Below, piece after piece: positions 1 to 11,930 of a stretch of 64,000 nt of DNA; within the stretch, counting starts at the first letter, position 1, and the number at the start of each line of letters is the position of its first letter. The position numbers and the translations under genes are program-made. The DNA is from Epithemia pelagica (taxonomy: Eukaryota > Protista > Bacillariophyta). The stretch is from positions 6,262,001 through 6,326,000 of the forward strand of contig OX337228.1 in NCBI GenBank assembly GCA_946965045.2, written 5' to 3'. The notes beneath the pieces were generated by a model, which saw only the letters and a list, made by a program, of their open reading frames with translations, searched no databases and was not told the origin of the DNA.

Positions 1-2253
1 TCATCCACGGTCGTTGATTCATGCAAAACCACCGGGATAGATTCATTGATACGAGCCAACAATTTTCGAGTAGAATCGTCCAAAGACACAAAGGATGATA
101 CCACAACTAGTTTCGGTCGAATCTTGTTGATTCGTGCAACGCACTTTTTCAATAATTTCCAATGCTTTTTGCGCTCCTCCTCATTATCGTCACTGCTGTC
201 ACTGCTCTTGGTCAATCTCTTGTCAAAGAATAAAGGACTGCACAGTTGCACAAAACTCAAGAGTTCCACAGGCCGTTCTTTCCGATCAAATTGTTGGGCA
301 TCGGACGCGTGAGGTGCCTTGCCTTGGTCGTCATTCATTTGTGTCAGGCCCACAACATCTCGTGTGACGGGTCGAACTTTGGCCTGTAATCGAGCCTCCA
401 CAGGCGTCGCAAAGAACCGAGCCCACAGTCGTGGTTCTTGGCCGAAGAGTTTTTGTCGATCCAACAAATGCAGGACGGCTTGTCGGTCCATAGGAGAAAG
501 GCGTAGCAAGTCGTGACGAGATCCATCACCCGGGGGGTGCGCGTCACAGACATCCAGATCCTCACAGTCTTGTGCCGCCATGCACGCCACGGCTCGATAA
601 CACAAGTCTCGTAGGGATGGAATGGGCGTTTTCGGACGCGAGCCGGAACTTGCTTCGTAAATTTGGTGGACCGAGGCAAGATAGGGGTGTTGCTTCAAGT
701 CCATGTAACCATCGCCACATTCTCGAATCTTTGTGACAGAACTTTGCTCACTTTCGTTCTTAGTATCCGTGCCAGGGACCAGTTCAAAGGCCTGTGCACC
801 CAAGCGATGCTCTGGTTGTACCTGCATGAGTTTATGTATGAAATCCCAACAATCATCGTGGATAATGCCTCCATGGCGAGTCAACAACCCACGCTGAATC
901 CTCAAAAAGGCCAAATAGGGTGATGTTGTCCAAAAGGGAGTCACACCCGTTTGTAATATGTAGGCCAGGGCACCCAAAGCCCATAAATCGGCCGTCCACA
1001 CGGCGGGTCCTAGGTTCGGCTTGGATGATTGTTGGTCTTTCTTACCCTTGACCATACCTTTCGTGTCATCGCCTGTAACAGCTTCAGGACTCATAAAATC
1101 CGGCGTCCCCACAAATTCCGGCCCATTCAAATCCGTCAGGACCAAGTCTTTGGCGGTTCCAAAATCAATCAACACGAGATGGCCGTGACGATTCAACAGT
1201 ATGTTTTCGGATTTGATATCGCGATGGACAATTCCATGGCGATGCAAGTGTTCCAATGCCAATACTAGCTGATAGATCCATATCTTGGCTTGTGATCGAT
1301 GACATCCCACCATGACATTGTTTTTCTCCTTCCATCGTAGCTGTGACCACAAGTCTGACCAGACATCGTGCAGTTCCATGAGATAATACAAATGCTCATA
1401 ATCCTGGAACGCATGAAACATGCGAATAACAAACGGAGATGTAGGCGGCAAGCGTTCGAGTAGAGCACGTCGCTCCATTTGGATTTCATTGTATACATTG
1501 GGATGTTGTCGTTTTGCTAGGTCGGCGGCTTGCTTTTTGGGTATCTTTTTCAGCGCGAATGATTCCTTTGTTACTTTGTGAGTGACGACCCAAATTTCCG
1601 AAAAGTTGCCAAAGCCTAGTTCTTTTTTCTGGATAAATTCTCTGATACTGACTGTTCGCTCCGCATACCGAATGGAAGTCTCTTCTTCCTCAGAAGGTTG
1701 TGCAGCAATCGCTTTGGTGATTTGATTCTTCATGTCCTGGAAAGACAATCTTTCTTCTTCGGTAAGTGTCGACGTTGACTTTAGAACATGCCCATCAATC
1801 AACTCTTGGGCTTCTGTATACTCTTTCAATGCGATCAGCGCCTTGGACAAGCGGTACGCTGCCTGTCAGCCAAGATATAGAAGTGAGAAATGGCAAGGGC
1901 TATCGGTAACAAAAAAGCATCGGTATGACATGGACTGCACCAACCTTCGAAGACTTTCTGTCTGATAAAATCCAGCCATTCTGTGCATCTTCCTTCGCCT
2001 CTCTATATTCTTCCATGACAAAGTGGCAAGCCGACCTGTTGCAATAATTTAAGATTGCTTCTTCTTCGCATTGTTTCGTCCTGTTTTGAGTGGGAAGGGT
2101 CTCCAGGGCCTGTGTGTAAAAGCTCAAGGCTGCCTGAAACTCATTTTGCTGGCGGAACAAATGATTTCCTTGGAGACGCAAGTCCTTCGCCTTCTCAATT
2201 ACTTCATCCAGGCTTTTGCCGTTGGATTCGTCAATGCTTGCATCCTTCTCCAT
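1..2253 (-). CDS. TPR-domain + AGC/PDK1-like Ser/Thr kinase with C-terminal BC-box-like motif and degenerate metallophosphoesterase-like region (3' end runs off the window)
   Basis: Exon 1 is 2253-1945 (TPR helices), intron 1944-1863 (GTTGGT...GACAG), and exon 2 is open from 1862 to base 1. Manual translation gives GFGNFSEI, ALKKI, HRDIKSEN, DFGTAK, EFVGTPDFMSPE, DLWALG and HRLG. The ORF track misses it because the frame runs off the edge. Confidence 0.9.
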
Positions 2254-3015
2254 CTCGCCTTCTATATGCTAGTGCTAGCTCTTGGATCTTGGAAATCGGC
2301 TGTGCTAACCTTATCTATTCTGTGCTTCGTTCTCTCTCCCCCCCATTTTCCGGAAGGGGGGCAACTTCTAGTGATGTGGTCGCACATCTATTAGCAACCC
2401 CGAATTTTCGGGGCACCTTTCACATCAAAACTTCGAACAATCTGACGCAAAAGTCCCATTTATTGCGGCCGAGATTCTGATCAACTACAAACAAGAAGAT
2501 GCGGACGGACACAGCATAGAATGGGCCTTCCGTTTTGGATTTCCAGGTGACAGTGTCCACTACTCATACCTTGAGCCTCAAACGAATCAAGGCAGTCCTG
2601 ACCTATTTCGATTCTGCATTGACAACGCCCGAACAACCAGCTTCTATTTTGCCTTGCCCCCTGAGGAAAAGGGCAGATTTTCAAAGGCGATGCAGCCCTT
2701 TGTCGACAAGGCAGGGGCGGTGCTTACCGATAATGTATTATCGCCACTAAAACCAAGGCGACTGTTCAAGTTTGAAAAGCGTGATACACTCCCATACGAT
2801 AATCAGGATCAACAGCACCGTGCTGGATTGCACCTACAAACGGTGCATTGCTTCCCAACTGGTTGGGTGGTTTGATCTTCTATTTTGCTCTCTCAAGCCC
2901 TGTGCTGATATGTCTGTTCCCTCAATCCGCAAGTTGAAATTCTCGACGTGATCATCTTCTCGTACAACAGAGGTAATGGACCTCAATGTATAAGCGTACG
3001 TTGAAAATGTACTCA

Positions 3016-6000
3016 CTATCTTTCGGTTGGCTCTTCGTCCTGCTCAGTATCTCTTTGCTCAGATGACAATACCTCTTCATTTTCGAGGCCTTGGCTGGTG
3101 CCTGTTGTAGCATCACCAGAAAGTGCGAAGAGCTGCCGAAGACGCGTAAAATTATCCGTCACTGGATCCGATGTTTGACAAGTGTTCAAATCAGGATCGC
3201 AACACGAAGTACAACAGAAACAGAAATTCTTGGGCGGTATGCCGAGGCAGTCGGCCGTGATCACAGTTAACTTGGTAGCACCACGGAAAAAACAAATATC
3301 AAACGGGACGTCTCCGGTGAACTTGTTGTCGTCGAGGGTCAGAGATGTCAATTTTTCCAGGTTGGGTAGGGTGGGCGGAATGGGTCCTTCAAAAAGATTG
3401 TCACGAACGTGGAATCTTTCTATATCTACTGCATTGGCACATATCTGTGGACGAGAGACGATGGTAAGATGAATGTGCTAACCAGTTCCTCGAAAACGCC
3501 ACCAAACTCATTCCGTTGACACGTTAAGATAAGAATGTAACTTACCCTGGGGTCGATCTCTCCTGAAAAGTTGTTCTCTTCAACATTGAACTGTATAAGG
3601 TTGGTCATTCTATAAAGTTGAGGAGGCAACTGTCCCTCAAACTGATTGGTGTGTACATAGAACAATTCCAACCCCTCCCAAAAAATATCCGGAAACTCTC
3701 CCCCAAGCTGATTCATCTCAACGCGAAAATCTCTCAAACGCGACGTTAGGTTCACAAAGCTTTGGGGTATCGGTCCAGTTAACCGGTTGTCGTTCAACCA
3801 GAAACGAACCAGACGTTGAAGAGTTCCGTAGTCAGAGGGTATTGGTCCAAAGAAGCCTGCGCTATTCAGCTGTAATGAGTTAAGCCTTGGATGATTCGTT
3901 CCATCCAGAATGGGCAATGGAGCATTGAAAGAATTTCCGTTCAACCACAATTGGGTGATGCTGGGGATCCGCCCCTCGAAACTCGGCAGTGCTCCCGTAA
4001 ACTTGTTGTTTTGTAACTTGATTGTTCTTATATCTGGAAGATCAAATATCTCTTCAGGAATTGAGCCACTCAGAGTATTGTTCGACAAAACCAACGAACT
4101 AAAACCTCTCAAACTTTTCGAAAAATTAAAGAGCTCGAGAGGGATTGTTCCGGTTAGTTCCGAATTAAAGGTAATTGTCAATGCGTTGAAGCATTGCAGC
4201 TGGTTTGTCACAACTGGGAGTTGTCCCCTTAAACCAAACGCAATCAGACGAAGCTCCGACACTTTACCGTTGCAAGCAGCATATAATTCCGCTCTTCGGG
4301 GATCTTCCGCCCAACGGGCCGGAAACGATACGCATACAATTCCGGGCCATTCGCACTGACTATAATTCGACAACCATCGAGGCTGATCGGGCACTTGAGT
4401 AAAGTTGATATAACTCAAATCGATGGATACTCCACCTTCGCCATCCAGGAAAACGCACTCATTGGTATGGCCAGTTTCATAGTCTGGTGGATTGCAGCTG
4501 AGCCAAGGCTTGGTACCATTGGCGGTGGATATAAAATAAAACCAAGCCATGATAAACCTTTCATAGAGCCAGACAGAATCCGAGGTCGTATTATAGAGCT
4601 CACGATCAGGGTTTGTATCTTCGTTGGCAAACCAATTCAATGCCATCTCGAACGCAACTGGAGCTGTGTCAATTGTTTCCGCAAGAATTTGAGTTTCCAG
4701 CCAGGATCTCCACTCGGCAACCTCCATGGTGGTTGGTGCCATGGTGGGGGAGGACGTGGGTGTTTGCTCGGGGTTGACTTGATCATCATCACCATCCTCG
4801 TCGTCATCACTGTCATTGTCTGCTCCCACAACCACACCCGTGATAATGCCCGCTAGGCATATACAGACAATACTTGTCAATGCAAGGAGGAACCATGGAC
4901 GGCGGTAGACCGGAAGTTGTTTTCGTCGAGTGAAATCTTCGGCCGAGACGAGATTGGCCTTTTCGGCTTCTTCGTCCACCGGAGCGGCAACGACCAAGCC
5001 CTCGCCGTCTGGTTCGTCCATCCCGAATTCCACATCGAGTTTGCTACTATTCACAGCAGAGACAGACGGGGCTGCCTCCAAGTACTCTGATGGCTCGTCT
5101 TTGAGAGCGTCGGTGGCATTCATACCTCCGCGAACAGCTCCCGGTTCTGTGGATACGGGGTCGGAGGGGAAGGCAAGGTCCCTTCCGACCGGTGTCATGA
5201 CCTGTTCGTCATTGTATGACAGAGCAGCTGTTGTTGCCACAACGCCGCCCAAAGTTGCGGCAGCCGCGAGACCAGCCACCATCATTGTTTCGTCGTCTTT
5301 GGAGCGCTTTGCGTCCTCGTCCTTGTTTGTACTTGTCGCAGACGAGGACACGGCACCCGGATGCGCGGTCCCCGTGTTGGCATTCTCCCTGGCATATTTT
5401 TCCTTGTCGGTTTCAACAGTTTGAGCCGCTGCCAAGGCATCCATACCCGACATGGTGGATTGAGAAGATGAGGCTCTTTGTTTGATTTTGTCATCCGAAT
5501 CGACAGCTTCCATGACAGCTCCCGCATCCGCAATCGACATGGACATCGAGGCACCAGGCTGTTGAGCCTTTTCCGAACGTTTCGATTGCTGTTTGATCAA
5601 GAGATCGGATTCTTCCGCTTGAACGACGGCCAGAGCAGTAGCTCCTCCAGCATCGGAGAAAGACACGGACGATGCACCCGGCTGTTGAGCCTTTTCCGAA
5701 CGTTTCGATTGTTGTTTGATCAAAAGATCGGATTCTTCCGCTTGTACCATGGCAACCGAATCGGCCCTGGAAACGGCTTGCGAACCAGAAGTGGAAGCAA
5801 CAACTCCTGGTTCGACGGCCACAGCCCCTGGCCGTGTGGCTGGCGCCACCGCCGCGGCACTCTTTTTGGACCAAGCATCGGCTTCCACAGCGGCCACTGC
5901 TGCTTGGGCATCCACCATGGACGCATCACCACCGGATGACTCGTTTGCTGCTGCGGCTATTCCAGGTACAGCCATGGCCCCTGGTCGAGCAGCCGGAGTT

Positions 6001-6713
6001 GCCCGAAAGCGTGTTTTGCTGTCCATTGTGGCAGAAGTGTTGTTGTTGGTTGTCACGGGGCCCAATGGTTCAGAGGCCAGGGGAGTTTGGGGTGACACTG
6101 ATGAATCTTTCTCATCCTCACCCTCGTCCTCTTCTTCATGAATTGTGGTTGGAAGACGGTCATTCGGTGCCTCCCCCTCCATGTCGGATACAGAACCGGG
6201 TCTCTCAACTGGAGCCATTCGATACGAAGCCTTTTCATCCAGCTTACTACTACTATCCGTGGTCAAAATGGAACGCGATGAAGATGGTTCTACAGCCACA
6301 GCTCCTGGTTTGGACACTGTGGAAGAAGAAGCAGTCGACCGATAACTAGCCTTTTCATCCACAGCTGGAGTCCTCATGGCGGGTGCCAAGGGTTCACTGG
6401 CAGTAGCAGTGCTACTTGGACGCATGGAACTGCTGCTACTAGACGAATAGCCGGCCACGGCCCCTGGATAGAACAGTGAAGAGACGGCTCCTGGTCGACT
6501 GGCAGGGACTGAGCTTCGGACCTTGACATTGGATTGGCTGATGCTGCTGCTGCTTGTGTTGTTGGTTCGGGTGAGAGAGGTTGCAGTATTTGTGGAAACA
6601 GTTTGAGGTGGTTCGGATGCTGAGCTACTCCCAGTCGTAGCAGCACCGCCTGTTTGCTGTATTTGGTCCTTGTCTTGTTTTGACTTGGTGGTTGCCTTGT
6701 CGGATGGTTCCAT
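3016..6713 (-). CDS. Type-II single-pass LRR receptor-like protein (long disordered N-tail, TM helix, extracellular LRRs, Cys-rich cap)
   Basis: Exon 6713-3546, intron 3545-3445 (GTAAG...CACAG), exon 3444-3016. TM segment WFLLALTSIVCICLAGIITGVVVGA, plant-type LxLxxNxLxGxIP repeats, and C-terminal ADC..C.CCTSCC. Confidence 0.92.
5551..5744 (-). repeat. In-frame internal duplication (71-bp core, 123-nt period) in the LRR protein N-tail
   Basis: 5551-5621 and 5674-5744 are near identical and encode QAEESDLLIKQQSKRSEKAQQPGA twice. Confidence 0.9.
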
Positions 6714-7664
6714 GATGATGAGAGTTGCTACAACGCCGATGGATGCTCACCTGTTATTACAATCTCGTCGCTGACGCCGAATGTGTCCCACACAAGAATG
6801 GTTTGCTGGATTCAGAGCCACAGAGGAGGATTGATACAACGCCTCCAGTTTCGTGTCTCCTGTAAGGCTTGCCAACTGCCAAGACAACGAAGAGCTGTCG
6901 TTTGGAACTTTCAAAGGGGCACTCGTACTCGTGTGTAGATTCTGCTCTGCCGCCCAAAATTGCGTAGAGTGTAGATAAAAAATGGCATACTGGTTCCCCA
7001 ACGAGATGGCTAAACAGGGGCAATAGTGTACATGTCACGCTTGACGTGGAGCTGCCATAATTCTTCGCATGAAAGAATCGGATTGGGATCAACGAGTACG
7101 CTGACAGATACACTACAGACGTACTACGTACTCCTACTCTCGATATTTAATGTCTCTCCCCTACCCCTAGTACTCGTAGCTAGTAGGAGAAGTAATTCGG
7201 ACCATGGCAGGATCACGGACATTCGAAATGATCCCAACGTAGAAAGTTTGTTGGTACATGGGGCGGAATCGCAAGTGGTCATGAGATTCAAACAAGGTGC
7301 TGCAGCGCCGTCTTCCGGTACGAGACGCGGCGCTTTGTCATGGTCGAGCCGAGGATGAATCGATGGATGGAGACGTCTGTATATTATATGGATGCTATTT
7401 TTGCGATTCAATGATTCGAATGGATGGGTTGCAGTGAAAGGGCCTGGATGTTCCTGCTTCCGAAGAAACTGTCGAGCGACCCCCAAACCAAACGATGGGC
7501 ACACTCGAAACTCGTTCGAATGGAATGGACAATGGCAATGAGGTTCCCTCAGCTCTTGCGGCCGTATCATCGCCAGGAATGATCAATCATGAGCCTCCTA
7601 GTAAGTAGAACAATGTTACGAACGTGTCGCGTACAAACGAAAATATAAAACAACGAAATGGCTA

Positions 7665-8493
7665 TTAGTCATTAAAGTATGGATTGTTGGGATCATCGTT
7701 GGTGTAAATATCATCGTCTTCTTCGTTGTATTGGTACACTTCTTGATGGGCCGCATCCGAGGCCTGTTGCTGCTGCTGTTGTTGCTGCTGAGCACTCCCA
7801 CTTTGATCGTAATAGGTTCGACTGCACCGGACAATGGCCTTGCCCACGCGACCAATCCAATCGTCCTTTTGCGATTCCGTATCGGCATACAACAAGTATT
7901 GCGTTTCGGGCGTGGAAATTTCAAAGGAATGTCGTTTTTTGGATTTCAAATCGGCCGATTTGACCGTGGTGCAACTGGCCAAGTCCATCATCCCATGCGG
8001 TGTCCCATATTCATTCTTGGCAAAAAACAATTTGGAACCCTTGAGAATAAAGTACCGACGACGCCATTCCTAAAACGAAACATAAACAAGACACAAAAGA
8101 AATGTGAGACACCAAACAACCATTCAATTCGTTGGGATGCATGCCCACGGTTCTCGCTGTGGCTCTCCTTCGTACCTTGAGCCAGGCCGATTGTTTGGTG
8201 AGCCATCCTTCGTATTCGGCATTGGAGGTGTCATAGACAATGTTGGTTTCGGGATCCACATAGGGCGGACGATGATAGCCCATGCCACCGCCAGTGTTGC
8301 CACTGGTACGAAGACCCTGTGGTTGCGCTTGCGGAGGATACATGCTCGTCGGTGCCGCGCCACGCGAGGAAATGTTGTAATAGGTCGGTTGTGCTTGTTG
8401 TGGTTGGGGAGGCTGTGGCTGATGATGATACATGGGAGCTTGTTGTTGTTGTTGATTGTATTGCGGAGGAGGAAAGGGCGGTGGAGCGTTCAT
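7665..8493 (-). CDS. Small PH-domain protein (AtPH1-like) with Pro/Gln-rich N-terminus
   Basis: Exon 8493-8176, intron 8175-8070 (GTACG...TTTAG), exon 8069-7665. The splice gives EGWLTKQSAWLK-EWRRRYFILKGSKLFF...DDWIGRVGKAIV. Confidence 0.9.
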
Positions 8494-8846
8494 GGTCTTT
8501 GTTTAATGTGTTCGGCTCTCTCCAAAGATTCTCCCCTACTGCTCTTTTGGGATCACCGTCGTCGTCGCGTTTGTTCTCGAAAATGTAGCGTTGAACGACC
8601 AACCCTTCTGCTCTCCCCTTCTTCTTGTGGAAGAACTCGTTCCAACTTCCAACTGGTCCCACGACCGACACCACCCGGATGTAATGAGCTGTGTGCAGTC
8701 AGTCGCGGATCTACAGAGATGGCCGGCTCGAAATGGCGCGCTATCCACGCAAGCCGACATGATGGTTCATTTTTTTTGCATCCTGCATCCATTGCCAACC
8801 CCTGTGTTGAAACAACAACACCATCACGAAGAAGGAATATAGTACC

Positions 8847-11837
8847 ATGTCGTCGTCGTCTCGTTCCCCCGCGGAGGATGACAACAATAACAATCCCCTT
8901 CGATCTCGTCTTCCCATTCCGGATTTCAACAATACGTTGGAAAGCAGTGACGACGACGAGGAACAGAACACGGGGGGCCGTACCCTTCCAATGCCATCCA
9001 CTCCCGGAGGACCTGCCCAACAACAAGACGGCGACGGCGACGACGACGATGAAATGTTGGTTCCTCCGACACCCGTTGCAGCACGAAGTCCTTCGCAACC
9101 GGAAACGCCCTTGACACCCCTTTCCACCACGTTGGTGGAGGACGAGGACGACGACGATCCAGCCGCTCACGAACAAGATGCCCTCCCCGGCAACAACAGC
9201 AACAACCACAATGACACGGTCGGCCAGGAACTCTTTGCAACCGCCGAAGGGAGTGAAGCCGTGATTCGTGGGACCGACATTCATGTTCCGACGGCCGCGG
9301 CGGCCTTTCAAGAGTTTTTGCGCACCTTTCAATCGCTCCATCATGCCCGTCGGGCCCATCGTCGTCACGCACGACAGGGCAATCCATCGGACGACAGTGA
9401 CGACGACGACGATTCGTCGATGGACGATAATGACGACGACGACGACGAAGACGTTCCGCCCTTGTATCTTTCCAAATTGCAGGCCTTGGTCGCTCCCACT
9501 CCTACTCCTACTACGACCGAGGACGAACCCACATCGGCATCCTTCCACGCCACCACGGCCTGTTTGGAACTGGATGCTCGTCACTTGTACTTTCACAATC
9601 CCGATTGTCAACGTCTCTATCATCAATTGGCGGCCTATCCGACCGAATTGATTCCCGTCTTGGATATTTGTGCTCAGCGACAATTCGAAGACCTCCATCC
9701 AACAAGCAGCAACCTGCGCATTCAAGTGCGTCCCTTCAATTTGCAAAGTGTCAGCAATTTGCGCACCTTGGATCCCATTCACATGGATTCCTTGGTGGGC
9801 GTCCAGGGCATGATTGTGCGCACCTCTCCCATTTTGCCCGATTTAAAAGTGGCCCACTTTTCCTGTACGCTCTGTGGACACGACGTCCAAGTGGCCGTCG
9901 ATGGCGGACGGATTGCCGAACCATCGGGCAAGTGCGCCAATTGCAATGCCAAGGCGAGTTCCTCCTATCAACTCGTGCACAATCGGAGTTTGTACAGTGA
10001 CAAGCAAGTCGTGCGATTGCAAGAGACACCGGATCAAGTTCCCGCCGGTCATACGCCGGCAAGTTGTCTCTTGTTTGCCTTTGATGACTTGTGCGATCAA
10101 GTCTTGCCGGGCGACCGCGTCGAAGTCACGGCCATTCTGCGAGCGCAACCCGTCCGGACTCATCCCAAACTCTCCAAACTCAAAACCTTGTACAAGACCT
10201 ATCTCGATGTCGTTCATTATCGCAAAATTAGTGGCATGCGCAACAACCATCATCATCACGCCATTGCCGGCAGTGGGACCCACCCCACCAAGCAGGGGAA
10301 CCAAGCACAACCACAACAAGAACAACAACAACCACAGCAAGAGGGCCACCACGGCGCCGTCTCGTCGCACTGGTCGGCCCAACGCATTGCACAACTGCAC
10401 GAGCTCTCGCGACAACCAGATATTTATCACAAACTGGTCCAATCCTTGGCACCGTCCATTTGGGAATTGGACAATGTCAAAAAGGGAGTCTTGTGCATGC
10501 TGTTTGGCGGAAATTCCGGCTACCGCAAAGACAGCCAACCACCACAACAAGACTCTTGGTGGGAAGGGGAGGAGGACCAAGCATCCTCCTACAACCCAAC
10601 CAAGACTCACACCAAGGAAAGTACTCACAAACGCGGCGATATCAACATTTTATTGTGTGGGGATCCCGGAACTTCCAAATCCCAATTGTTGGCCTTTGTC
10701 CACAAACTGAGTCATCGAGGCGTGTACACGTCGGGCAAGGGATCGTCGGCCGTCGGATTGACGGCATCGGTCGTGCGCGATCCGGAAACGCGAGACTTGG
10801 TCTTGGAATCCGGGGCCTTGGTGTTGAGCGACTTGGGCATTTGTTGCATTGATGAATTGTAAGTGGCGCAGTGTGTGTGTTTGGTTGTTTGGTTGTTTAG
10901 TTGCCCATGAGAGTAGGACCATGACTCACTTTGGCAATGAATGTGGAATCCTTGTAGTGATAAAATGTCGGATACGACCCGTTCCGTCTTGCACGAAGCC
11001 ATGGAACAGCAGACGGTGTCAATTGCCAAGGCCGGCATTATTGCCACGTTGCATGCCCGGACCTCGGTCTTGGCGTCGGCCAATCCCATGGAATCCCGGT
11101 ACAATCCCAACCGGAGTGTCGTGGACAATATTCAACTCCCTCCCACGCTCTTGTCCCGGTTCGATTTGATTTATTTGATTCTCGACACACCACAAGTCGA
11201 ACACGATCGCCGATTGGCCCAGCATTTGGTGGGCCTGTACTATGAACAGCCCAATGTGGTCCAGCCTCCCTTGGATCAGGACTTGTTGCGGGATTACATT
11301 CAGTATGCGCGGGAAACCATTCACCCGCAATTGAGCCACGAGGCCGCCTCGCAATTGCTCGACTCGTACCTGGAACTCCGCGGTACCGGCCATGCCAATC
11401 GGACCATTTCGGCCACACCGCGGCAATTGGAATCCTTGATTCGGTTGACCGAAGCCTTGGCCAAAATGCGGTATGCGACCATTGCCACTCGCGCCGATGC
11501 CTTGGAAGCGGTCCGGTTGATGCGTGTCGCCACCTGCTCGGCCGCCACGGATCCTCGGACGGGTCGCATTGATATGGATCTCATTACAACGGGACGGGGC
11601 AGTGAAGCACGGGAACGCAACCAAGAATTGCAATTGGCCATGGAGGAAATTTTGACCGAGAAACGAGGCGAACGAGTCTCCTTGCGACAACTTGTTCAGA
11701 CGGTCCAAGAAGTGACGCATCAACCAGTGGAACACCAAGACCTGGTCGAAGTCCTGCGTGTCATGGAGGCCGAGGGTGCCGTCCAATACAGCGAACGAGC
11801 ACAAAGTGTCTTCGTGCGATCGGGCATCTTACAATAA
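8847..11837 (+). CDS. MCM4: DNA replication licensing factor MCM4
   Basis: Exon 8847-10858, intron 10859-10957, exon 10958-11837. Zn finger CTLC/CANC, Walker A GDPGTSKSQ (MCM4 type), IDEFDKM formed across the intron, arginine finger SRFD. Confidence 0.96.
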
Positions 11838-11930
11838 TCAGGAAGAACTATAGATGTGTGTGTGGAAACGTCCTCAAAAAACTAGAAAGGGTTACTCTCG
11901 AGTTTCCATGATGAGACAACTACTAGAGAC

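Noticed and set aside
2481-2684. Minus ORF with SGHCHLEIQNG resembling an FHA motif
   Set aside because: It has only 67 codons and lacks the conserved GR and other FHA positions.
7040-7050. TGACGT (bZIP/aureochrome-type box) upstream of the LRR gene
   Set aside because: A single 6-mer is expected by chance every few kb.
7665-8493. PH gene as the split-off PH domain of the PDK1-like kinase
   Set aside because: It is 5.4 kb away with another gene between, and it resembles stand-alone AtPH1-type proteins rather than the PDK1 PH domain.
8553-9782. Long antisense ORFs (also 11961-12803, 9843-10628, 11019-11804, 59858-60880)
   Set aside because: These are shadow frames of well-supported genes on the opposite strand, with no recognisable motifs.
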